Source: Chiloscyllium plagiosum
Lineage: Eukaryota
Assembly (NCBI RefSeq): GCF_004010195.1
Contig: NC_057719.1
Location: 49,313,336-49,377,335, forward strand
Reading direction: 5' to 3'
Length of the DNA: 64,000 nt
The stretch's first letter is position 1; each line of letters starts with the position of its first letter. The notes under the pieces were generated by a model. The model did not search any database, was not told the DNA's origin, and saw only the letters and a list, made by a program, of their open reading frames with translations. Positions 50,791-61,250 of this stretch are shown piece after piece. The position numbers and the translations under genes were made by a program.

Positions 50791-51482
50791 AGGTCTGTTC
50801 CTGACTTGCGGTGTCTGTAGTAGCATGCAGTTTAGTTTTACCATGAACAGCAGAACATCCCAGCAATGGCGAGCATAGTGTGCCTTTCCTGCCACACAAT
50901 TCCCTGAGAAAGGAGCATAGGATGCATTATTAATGAGATGGAAAGTAAAAGATTATGTGACAACTGTTGTTTTGAGGTCTGGCAGGACAGGTATGATGAA
51001 TCTCATATCACAAAACATTTCAACCCATGGAAAAATTCAGCCCATGATTTTACATTAGACTATAACAATGAATAATTGAATAACATCTCCTCATTTTCTG
51101 CCAAGGAACATGGAGAGTTGTGATTACCAGAATAACTTCTTTATGCATGGAGTTATTGCTCTAGAATAACCATTTCATAAGAAGAATTAACATGATTTAT
51201 GACAACTGGACTTTTTAAAGTTACTGTTCAGCTAGTCAAACAACTGACTTCTTCCCTTTTAGGAATATTTTCTGAGCATTAACAATATTTTATGTGAGAA
51301 AACTGCAATCATTAAATGTTGGAGCTGTATTGACCATGGTACATAATTGATTTGGCTTAATAATGATTATATTACTTTGCTGAAGATTTCAATACAAGTG
51401 AAAATCTGGCAAGTGGGTTGAACCAAGTGGGCAGTGCAAATTATTCTCAATATATTTTCTGAAATGTTGTTTACATTATTGA

Positions 51483-51941
51483 GTGTACAAAAAGATTCAC
51501 AAAGATGTTGCTAGGGCTGGAGGATTTGAACTATTGGGAAAGACTGAATAGACTGAGGCTATTTTCCCTGAAGTGTCAGAGGCTGAAGGGTGACCTTATA
51601 GAGATTTATAAAATCATGAGGGGCATGGATAGAGTAAATAGACAAGGTTTTTTTCCCTAGGGCGGGGCAGTCCAAAACTAGAGGGCATAGGTTTAAGGTG
51701 AGAAGGACGTACCGGGCAACTTTTTCAAGCAGAGGATGGTGTGTGTATGGAATGAGCTGTCAGAGGAAGTGGTGGGGGTTCGTACAATTACAACATTTAA
51801 AAGGTACCTGAATGGGCATATAAATAGAAAGGGTTTATAAGGATATGGGTCAAATGGGACTAGATTAATTTAAGATATCTGATCGGCATGGAAGAGTTGG
51901 ACCAAAGGATCTGTTTCTGTGCTGTACAGCTCTACGACTCT
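51483..51941 (+). mobile_element. CR1/HER1-type LINE 3' fragment
   Basis: Collinear with 11795-12280. Confidence 0.9.
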
Positions 51942-52709
51942 AAGAGTGGCTGTTTCAGAACATCAATCACAAGTCTGCTTAACAGTTTTGGTTTCAAGTT
52001 CACTGAAACAAAATATTAAAGATAACCATGAAAAAAGACTGACATGACCTGAATGAGAAGGGCTGGTAGCTGTCTACTGTGTTGGTGCTAATCATATACC
52101 TCAAAGGGAATATGCATGTGGCATGAGGTACCACATTTGAGTGGAGTATGTGGTTGCTTGTGTGTACTATTTATCTTTGTTGTATCAATTACCTAAAGAG
52201 AATTTTATCTTTTTATTTGAAATATGATTTGTCTGATTCTCTTGTGTTGGTTCTGATTCATGTTAAAACAAAAGCTACAAAAAATAATGTTTTTGGTAAT
52301 TTCTTCACTTGGAGTGCTATTCAGTAAATTTGTGGCTCCCATAACAAATATGGGGCAAGTTTCGCATATGATCACAGAGACTGGAATGAACATTCCAACA
52401 TTTTAACAGGCAATATTGCAGCTCTGCATTTGTCATATTTTATTGGAAAATCAATATGACTACCTTTGAGGCTTAAGCTGAGTTTAGGAAGGTGGCTTGA
52501 CTCTTGACAACTTAAACAGTTGCAAAAACTCAATTTACAGGATGTAACAGAGCAAACGGGGATTAATGAAAGCTCAGTAGATAAGAGAGTTGGATTCTTG
52601 AAGAATTGGCTAGACACTTGAGGCTCAGGGAAGGAAGAATCATTATTGACCAAGTACAACTGGCCAGAATTTTTAAAAAAGGCTAAGAAAGGTTAACTGA
52701 GAAAAAGAA

Positions 52710-52947
52710 GTCATGATTTGGAGATGCCGGTGTTGGACTGGGGTGTACAAAATTAAAAATCACACAACACCAGGTTATAGTCCAACAGGTTTAATTGGAA
52801 GCACACTAGCTTTTGGAGTGTCGCTCCTTCATCAGGTGATAGTGGAGGGCCCGCCACTACCACTTGATGAAGGAGCGTCGCTCCGAAAGCTAGTGTGCTT
52901 CCAATTAGACCTGTTGGACTATAACCTGGTGTTGTGTGATTTTTTAA
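52710..52947. mobile_element. Penelope-derived fold-back insertion (family B) with two opposed hammerhead motifs
   Basis: Inverted arms centred at about 52845-52855; AGAAAAAGAA at 52700-52709 and 52948-52957; + core TTGATGA..GAAAGCTA, - core CTGATGA..AAAAGCTA (one core mutation each). Confidence 0.85.
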
Positions 52948-55432
52948 AGAAAAAGAAATTAGCCAGAGAAAAAAAGAAATAAAGAGATATGTAAAGAGAC
53001 AACGACAGCGAACATGTATCTCTTAGAACTGCCACTAAAACAAATTATGCATTTATTTTTCCCATTTGTTTATGAAGCTTTGCTGTTTCTCTCCCATTAG
53101 TAGCCATACTTTATGCAAACTACCAGATGTCAGAATTACATCATTGGCTGTATAGCACTTTGGTATGCCCTGAGACCATTTAAAAAAAGTAAAAGTGAAG
53201 TCACCATAGTCCTACTGGACCATAGGGCTGCTCTCTTATCAGAGAGAGCGAACTGATAATTGTTTAACCTGAGGGCTGTCACACCTCAAGTGAAACTTAA
53301 GAAAAAAAACTTAGTGATCCTTGCAATTAAACTTTATGGTTATCAATTACTGTAATTTTTATATAATTATATAATTTGCTCAACTTCAGTGATTTTGTTT
53401 TGTTGAAGAATTAGTTTATGATTTTAAAATATTGTTCTCAATATGCATATTAATCTAATTTTAAACCTGATGCATTTATAACTATTATAAATATGACTCA
53501 TTGTGGTGGAATCATCCACTGGGAGGCTCTTATATGGTCTTTTAATATTCTTTTCAGTGGCATTTGGAATGGGAGGAGTGACAGCGAGAACCAGAGGCCT
53601 GACGGGAAGGTAAATTAACAGTATACAAACTTACCTCGTGTACAGGCGGAGTGCACGCTGAGCAGGAGTGGATATGAGACTGCTGTGTAAAGGAGATTAC
53701 ATATTTGAACAGTTACTTTACCCGAAACACTACTTAGGTAGTGTCTCCCACCCATCCTCCTCCTCTAACCAAAAAAAAGGTTCTCTGCTTTGGATTGGTA
53801 AGATGAGTAGTCTTTTATTTCCTCTCTTTTAGTTTTTCAGTAGGCTCGTTGGGAATTTAGAATAGTGGGAATGGAGGTTAGGGCAATTGAGTGTTCCTCC
53901 TGCAGAATGTGGGAGGTAAGGGTCACCACTAGTGTCCCTGTTGACTGTATTTGTGGGAAGTGCACCCAACTCCAGCTCCTTGAAAATTGCATTAGGAAAC
54001 TGGAGCTGGAGCTGGATGAACTTTGGATCATTCAGGAGGTGGGAGATTATTGAGAGGAGTTACAGGAAGGTAGCCACATCTCAGGTACAAGAAGAAGGTA
54101 GGTGGGTTACTGTCAGTGGATGGAAAGGGAACTGGCAGGCAGTGCAGGGATCTCCTATGGCTGTTCCCCTCAATAACAAATATACCATTTTGGATATTGT
54201 TGGGGGGGGGGGGAACTTATCAGGGGTAAGTAATGGGGCATAGGTCTCTTGTGTCTGTCCCTGTTGCTCAGAAGGGAAGGGGGAAGAGGAGCAGAACATT
54301 AGTCATTGGGGACTCCATAGTTAGTGGTACAGACAGGAGGTTCTGTGGGAATGAGAAAGATTCATGGTTGGTGTGATGCCTCCTGGTTGCCAGGAATCGT
54401 GATGTCTTGGACAGTGTTTTCAGGATCCTTGAGGGGGAGGGGGAGCAACCCAAGTCATGACCCACATAGGCACCATCGACATAGGTAGGAAAAGGCATGG
54501 GGATTTAAGTCAGAAATTCAGGGAGCTGGGGTGAAAGCTTAGAGCTAGAACAAACAGAGTTATCTCTGGTTTGTTGCCCGTGCCACATGTTAGCGAGGCG
54601 AGGTGAGGAATAGGGACAGGGAGGAGTTGAATACATGGCTACAGGGATGGTGCAGGAGGGAGAGTTTTGGATTCCTGCATTTATGGGGCTCTTTCTCGGG
54701 TAGGTGGGACATCTACAAACATTTAGATGTCTTCAGAGGGGTACCAATATTCTGGGGGGGGATGTTTGCAAATGCTGTTCGGGAGGGTTTAAATTAATTC
54801 AGCAGGGGGATGGGAACCTGAATTGTGTTCCAGTATACAGAAAGCTGAGAGTAGTGAGGTCAGAAATAAGGTTTCAAGGTCTCAAGAGGGTACCAGCAAG
54901 CAAGAAGTTGGTTGGAAGTGTGTATATTTCAATGCCAGGAGCATCCAGAATAAGATGGGTGAACTTGCAGCATGGTTGGTACCTGGCATTTCCATGTTGT
55001 GGCCATTTCGGGGACATAGATAGAAAAGGAACAGGAATGGTTGTTGCAGGTTCCAGGATTTAGATGTTTCAGTAAGAACAGAGAGAATGGTAAAAGACAG
55101 GGAGGTGTGGCACTGTTAGTCAAGGACAGTATTATGGTAGCAGAAAGGATGTTTGAGGACTCGTCTACTGAGGTAGTATGGACTGAGGTTAGAAACAGGA
55201 AAGAAGAGGTCACTCTGTTTGGAGTTTTCTATAGGCCTCCAAATAGTTACAGAGATGTAGATGAACAGATAGCAAATATGATTCTCGATAGGAGCAAGAG
55301 TGACAGGGTATTTGTTATGGGGGACTTTTAAGTTTCCAAATATTGACTGAGAATACTATAGTTTGAGTAATTTAGATGGGTCAGTTTTTGTCCAATGTGT
55401 GCAGGAGGGTTTCCTGACACAGTACGTAGATA

Positions 55433-55631
55433 AATGTGTTGCTGGAAAAGCGCAGCAGGTCAAGCAGCATCCAAGGAGCAGGAGAATCGACGTTTTGGGC
55501 ATAAGCCCTTCTTCAGGACTTATGCCCAAAACGTCGATTCTCCTGCTCCTTGGATGCTGCCTGATCTGCTGCGCTTTTCCAGCAACACACTTTTCAGCTC
55601 TAATCTCCAGCATTTGCAGTCCTCACTTTCT
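55433..55631. mobile_element. Penelope-derived fold-back insertion (family A) inside CR1 ORF2
   Basis: Inverted arms; 15-bp TSD CACAGTACGTAGATA (55418-55432) and CACAATACGTAGATA (55632-55646), one mismatch. Confidence 0.88.
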
Positions 55632-55758
55632 CACAATACGTAGATAGGCCAACAAGGGGCGAGGCCACCTTAGATTTGGTACTGGGTAATGAACCCGGCC
55701 AGGTTTTCGATTTGGAGATAGGTGAGCACTTTGGTGATAGCGACCACACTTCAGTTAT

Positions 55759-55953
55759 GTTTACTTCAGTGATGGATAGGGATAGATATGTTCTGCAGGG
55801 CAAGAATTATAGCTGGGGAAAAGGAAATTATTCTGGCGCTGTGAGGCAGCAGTGCTAACCACTGTGCCACCGTGCCGCCCGTTTACTTCAGTGATGGATA
55901 GGGATAGATATGTTCTGCAGGGCAAGAATTATAGCTGGGGAAAAGGAAATTAT
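55759..55953. repeat. 73-bp perfect direct repeat flanking a 49-nt HE1 SINE 5' head (minus)
   Basis: 55759-55831 equals 55881-55953; 55832-55880 is the reverse complement of gggcggcacggtggcacagtggttagcactgctgcctcacagcgccaga. Confidence 0.9.
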
Positions 55954-58079
55954 GATGTGGTTAGGCAAGGTTTAGGATGTATAGGATGGGGAAGGAACCT
56001 GCAGGGGATGGGCACAATTGAAATGTGGAGCATATTCAAGGAACAGCTACTGCGGGTCCTTGATAAGTATGTACCTATCAGGCAAGGAGGAAGTTGTCAA
56101 GCACAGGAGCCATGGTTTACTAAAGAAGGTGAATCTCTTGTCAAGATGAAGAAGAAGGCTTATGTTAGAATGAGACACGAAGGCTCAGTTAAGGCACTTG
56201 AGAGTTACAAGTTGGCCAGGAAAGACCTAAAGAGAGAACTAAAGAGCCAGGAGGGGACATGAGAAGTCTTTGGCAGACAGGATCAAGGAAAATCCTAAAG
56301 CTTTCTATTGGTATATCATGAATAAAAGAATGACTAGAGTAAGATTAGGGCCAGTGAGAAGTTGTGCGTGGAGTCAGAGGAGATAGGGGAAGTGCTAAAT
56401 GAATATTTTTTGTCAGGATTCACACTGGAAAAAGATAATGTTGTCAAGGAGAATACTGAGATACAGGCTATTAGAACAGATGGGATTAAGGTCCACAAGG
56501 AGGAGGTGTTAGCAATTCTGGAAAGTGTGAAAATAGATAAATCCTCTGGGCCGGATGGGATTTATCCTGGGATTCTCTGGGAAGCCAGGGAGGAGATTGC
56601 AGAACCTTTGGCTTTGATCTTTATGTCGTCATTTTCTGCAGGAATAGTGCTGGAAGACTGAAGGATATCAAATGTCCCCTTGTTCAAGAAGGGGAGTAGA
56701 GACATCCCTGGTAATTATAGACCAGTGAGCCTAATTCCACTTGTGGGTAAAGTGTTGGGAAAAGGTTATAAGAGATAGGATTTATTATCATTCAGAAAGG
56801 AATAAGATGATTATAGTTTTGTGAAGAGTAGGCCATGCCTCACAAACCTTATTGAGTGCTTTACCAAACAGGTGGATGAGGGTAAAGCAGTTGATGTGTA
56901 TATGGATTTCAATAAGACGTTTTGATAAGGTTCCCCACAGTAGGCGATTGCACAAAATACGGAGGCATGGGATTGAGGGTGATTTAGTGATGTGGATCAC
57001 AAATTGGCTATCTGTAAGAAACGTTCATGTTAGAATTCAGTTACTAGTGGCAAGGATCTGTTTTGGGGCCACTACTGTTTGTCATTTTTATAAATGACCT
57101 GGGTGAAAGCATAGAAGAATGGGTTAGTAAATTTGCAGATGACACGAAGGTTTTTTGGAATTGTGGATAGTGCCAAAGGATGTTGTGGGTTCTAGAAGGA
57201 CACAGATAGGCTGCAAAACTGGGCTGAGAGGTGCCAAATGGAGTTTAATGTGGAAAAATGTGAGGTAATATTCAGTTTGGAAGGAATAACAGGAATGCAG
57301 ATGAGCAAAGTGATCTCGATGCCCATGTACATAGATCCCTGAAAATTTGCCAGCCAGGTTGATAGATTGTTAAAAAGGCATACAGTATGTTAACGTTTAT
57401 TAGTAGAGGGATTGAGTTTCAGAGCCATGAAGTCATGCTGCAGCTGTACAAAACTCTGGTGCAGCTGCACTTGGAGTATAGTGTACAGTTCTAGTCATTG
57501 CATTATAGGATGGATGTGGAAGCTTTGGAAAGGGTCCAGAGGAGATTTACTTGGATGTTGCCTGGAATGGGGGGAAGGTCTTACGAGGAAACGCTGAGGG
57601 ACTTGAGGCTGTTCTCATTTGAGAGAAGAAGATTGAGAGGTGACTTAATTGAGACATACAAGATAACCAGAGGGTTAGATTGGGTGGACAGTGAGAGCCT
57701 TTTCCTCGGATGGTGATGGTCATAGCTTTAAAATGAGGGGTGATACAGGTCAGAGGTAGTTTCTTTACTCAGAGAGTAGTAGGGGTGTGGAATGGCTTGC
57801 CTGCAACAGTAGTAGACTTGCTGACTTTAAGGGCATTTAAATGATTATTGGATAGACATATGGATGATAATGGAATAGTATAGGTTAGATGGGCTTCAGA
57901 TTGGTTCCACAGGTTGGCGCAACATCGAGGGCCAAAGGGCCTGTACTGCACTGTAATGTTCTATGTTCTATTTTATACCTGAAACTATCTACATTCTTGA
58001 TTTTTAACTTCCCATGAGTGATCATTTAAGCTGGTCATTTATATGCCTTTATTAACATGATCAATGAGAAGTCAAGAAC

Positions 58080-59110
58080 AGCATCAAAACTGTCTTCACT
58101 TTGCTGGGTGCTGATATCCATTCAGGTCAAAACCTGTAATGAAGATAAAGTTTAAGCTGAAGACTCCAGAGAGTAATCCCATGAAAGACCAAACCAAAAG
58201 AGATAAACTGCAAGAGGAAGATTTAAAGAAGAAATATTCTGTGCAAGTTATTATCAAACATGAGTTGTGACTTCATGACATAACAGAGCTAGATATTAGT
58301 GAGAAGGAAACAACAGAAAGGCATTGAGAGAGATTGAAACAGCAAATGAAATTGTGAAAAACTGAGATGGTGTACAAGAAAATGAGGAGGAAACATCAGA
58401 AGTAGGTGGCTGATGGAACATCAGATCTGATGGAGAAAATAAGACAGTATAAAAACAGTAAGGAAGACAATGTCAAAATAGAAAAACAGATTAAAAATCA
58501 TGTACTCAAGGAAAGATGGTACGAAGAGTGTTCCAGGCAATAGAAGACCTGAAGCAACATGAGAGCATCACATAAGAAAGTTAAGGCGCTCTCTAATAAG
58601 AATTGTAAAATCCTTACAGATTGGAAGTAGGCCTTTTGGCCCATCGAGTCCAGACCAATCTTCTGAAAAGCATCCCACCCCACAATGTTATCCCTGTAAC
58701 CTTGCATCTCCCATGACTAATCCACCTAGCCTGCATATCCCAGGCCACTATGGGTAATTTACTATGGCCAATCCATGACCAAGAAGAAAAGAATAGCTAC
58801 AAGCTGTGGTTGTTCAAACAGCAAGAAAGGCAACATTCTCGTCAAACAATAAAGCTGTAGAGAAACAATGGGGTAAAGTATATCAGAGAGCCGTTTAACA
58901 ATGAAGACAAGAGTGAATTGCTACAGTCAGAGAGCAGAAAAGGACTAGATAGAGTAGAGACAGAAGTCACTGCAACATCCAAAAAATAAAAACAAGGAAA
59001 GGTCCTGAACATTTGAAGACACTCCCTTGTTCAATCATGACAGAGTTTAATGTTAAGATGGGTTCCATGGAAAGGATAGCTATCATTCGGACATGATTGG
59101 AACATCGAGT
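58080..59110 (+). mobile_element. degraded RTE-like LINE relic
   Basis: A-rich sense strand with remnants KERWYEECS, HKKVKAL, KKGNIL, KIKTRKGP resembling the RTE endonuclease-RT linker; weak. Confidence 0.45.
58612..58776 (-). mobile_element. HE1-related SINE 3' fragment
   Basis: ggcccatcgagtcc...actatgggtaatttactatggccaatcca is similar to the HE1 body. Confidence 0.65.
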
Positions 59111-59757
59111 GATGCTAAGGATTGTTATCTTTTGAATGAAATGACAATTGCTTGCACAAGTGATGAAGAAAAGTGAACATTTTAAAAAATGGGATGACAT
59201 ATTTACAATGAAGTTTCACCCATGTCATCCATATATCCTGAAGGGTTTCTTTTTCCTTTCCCACTCTTTTGATAAGGGAGCTGGCTGACAAGCTCTTATC
59301 ATGTCTCACCACTTAATTGATTCTGATATAGATTCTGAAATACCCTTGTATGATTTCTATCAGTTTCTAGTTCGTTTAAACACTCCATTATTTTGTGATG
59401 GCAGATTTTACCTTCCCATACATACATAAGCTTTTGCACTTACAGGTATTCTTTAATGACAAATACCCTTGTTCCTTGTTTTGTTGTCGTGAATCCTGGT
59501 TGTCTATCATCTGTCTCCTCTTCTATATAGATTTGTCACTTTATTTATAAAATAATTACTAGAATCATTTTCATCACGTGGCTTATTATCCAGTCCTTGA
59601 ACATTTTGGGGCTTTGGTTTCTTTGAAACCTTAATGAACACTGACTTCTGTAAAGACCCCATATTTTTTATTGTTCTTTATTTCTGGATTGTGAACCTGA
59701 ATGGAATAAGGGGAGTGCTTTAAACCAAGGAGTGTGTGTGTGTGTTAAACATCAATG

Positions 59758-59938
59758 TTGAAAAATGTGGTGCTGGAAAAACACAGCAGGCCAGGTAGCA
59801 TCCTGAGGAAGGGCTTATGCCTGAAACGTCGATTCTCCTGCTCCTTGGATGCTGCCTGGCCTGCTGTGTTTTTCCAGCACCACATTTTTCAACTCTGGTA
59901 CTCCAGCACCTGCAGTCCTCACTTTCTCCTAGTTGATC
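59758..59938. mobile_element. Penelope-derived fold-back insertion (family A, short left arm)
   Basis: 13-bp TSD TTAAACATCAATG at 59745-59757 and 59939-59951; inverted arms. Confidence 0.88.
59799..59834 (+). ncRNA. minimal hammerhead ribozyme motif (intact core)
   Basis: auc-CUGAGGA-a-GGGC-uuau-GCCU-GAAA-cg-UC-gau: both core boxes, palindromic ACGU, GUC cleavage triplet, auc/gau stem I. Confidence 0.75.
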
Positions 59939-59952
59939 TTAAACATCAATGG

Positions 59953-60244
59953 TTAGATTAGATTACTTACAGTGTGGAAACAGGTCCTTCGGCCCAACAA
60001 GTCCACACCGACCCTCCGACCCACCCAGACCCATTCCCCTACATTTACCCCTTCACCTAACAGTACAGCCAATTTAGCATGGCTAATTCACCTGACCTGC
60101 ACATCTTTGAATTGTGGGAGGAAACCAGAGCACCTGGAGGAAACCCACGCAGACACCACACAGACAGTTGCCTGAGGCAGAATTGAACCCAGGTCTCTGG
60201 TGCTGTGAGGCAGCAGTGCTAACTGCTGTGCCACCGTGCCGCCC
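59953..60244 (-). mobile_element. HE1-type SINE
   Basis: Same head, body and tail as the other copies. Confidence 0.92.
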
Positions 60245-60479
60245 TGATGTTGGTATCAGCAACATCAAAACACTTGCAGACAATAAAGGATGACTTCATG
60301 CAATTCAGTTCCATTGAACAAGGTTTACAGGGAAGTCCTACCTCAGTTACTTTGGCTGACATTTCTGCACCTGTGTAGGTTATTGAAAGTAATGTTCCTT
60401 TGAAAGAATGCCCTTATTTTCTATTTGGCACAATCTGTGGCTCCTACAGATTCTCAGTGATCATCATAGAGCTTTGTCA

Positions 60480-61250
60480 AATTATACAGTTGTTGGAGCA
60501 GTGATTCCAATGATCAACTGATACTGGTACGACATACTTGGCATGGAAACCTGACGTGGAGGGGTCACTGATGGCCTTATTGATCCTGATGGAGAAAGGT
60601 GTTGCATTGCAGAAACACTGGGCCTTATGGTATAGCATTCTGACCTCCGTCCCTGGACAGAGTATAGCAACATTGCCCCTCTTACAGTGGATGGCATTCC
60701 ATGGAACATGAGTGACTGTAGTTCCCTGAATCTTTGCCACATAAGGAGGTTGCTTCACATCTGTTGCGGGCTGATGCTGGTCCTGGGCTTCCAGATGCAT
60801 GTGTTGCTCATCCAGCCATGTAGCAGCTCTTAGTGCAGCAGACACTAAGACAACCTCAGCCTCTCTTCCTGGATCCACTGGGGAGGGTGCCATGACCCCC
60901 TATGGACAATATCAGAAACATAGCAGCCATTAAAAGCATTCATTTCTACTGTTGGATAGTGTGGTCAAGATTGCTTGGGGCCAGGATCTTTAGTCGAGAC
61001 AGTTGATCAATGAAATGATGTTCACATTCAGAACGATGTACTAACAGACATCTTTCACGAGTACTCTGTGACATATCAATGCTACTGCCCTTTCAAAAGA
61101 GGCACCACCTCCCTCAGATAAAAATGACTTACACTGCCCATGGAGTCTGGGTATGGTGGCAGTCATTTTTGATTTTGATTGCACACTTACCACTTGGATG
61201 AGGATGGAAGACAATATTGGTAGAGATTCACAAAGTGAATCACGGACTCA
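60480..61250 (-). mobile_element. possible very degraded Harbinger transposase
   Basis: Only loose resemblance of minus-strand translations to the 23 kb and 48 kb relics; no clean motif. Confidence 0.3.

Larger units (their letters stand above)
53570..57970 (+). mobile_element. near full-length CR1-type LINE (ORF1 zinc finger plus esterase; ORF2 APE endonuclease plus RT), inactivated
   Basis: ORF1 from ATG 53871: CSSC...CGKC, coiled coil, LVIGDSIV; ORF2 CVYFNARSIQNK, YRPPNS, MGDF, DSDH, KSSGPDGI, GNYRPVSL, KFADDTK; tail (ATGTTCT)2. Confidence 0.95.

Noticed and set aside
53720..53800. HDV-like ribozyme at the CR1 5' end (contains CCUCCUC)
   Set aside because: Could not build the P1/P3/P1.1 nested pseudoknot by eye; kept only as hairpins.
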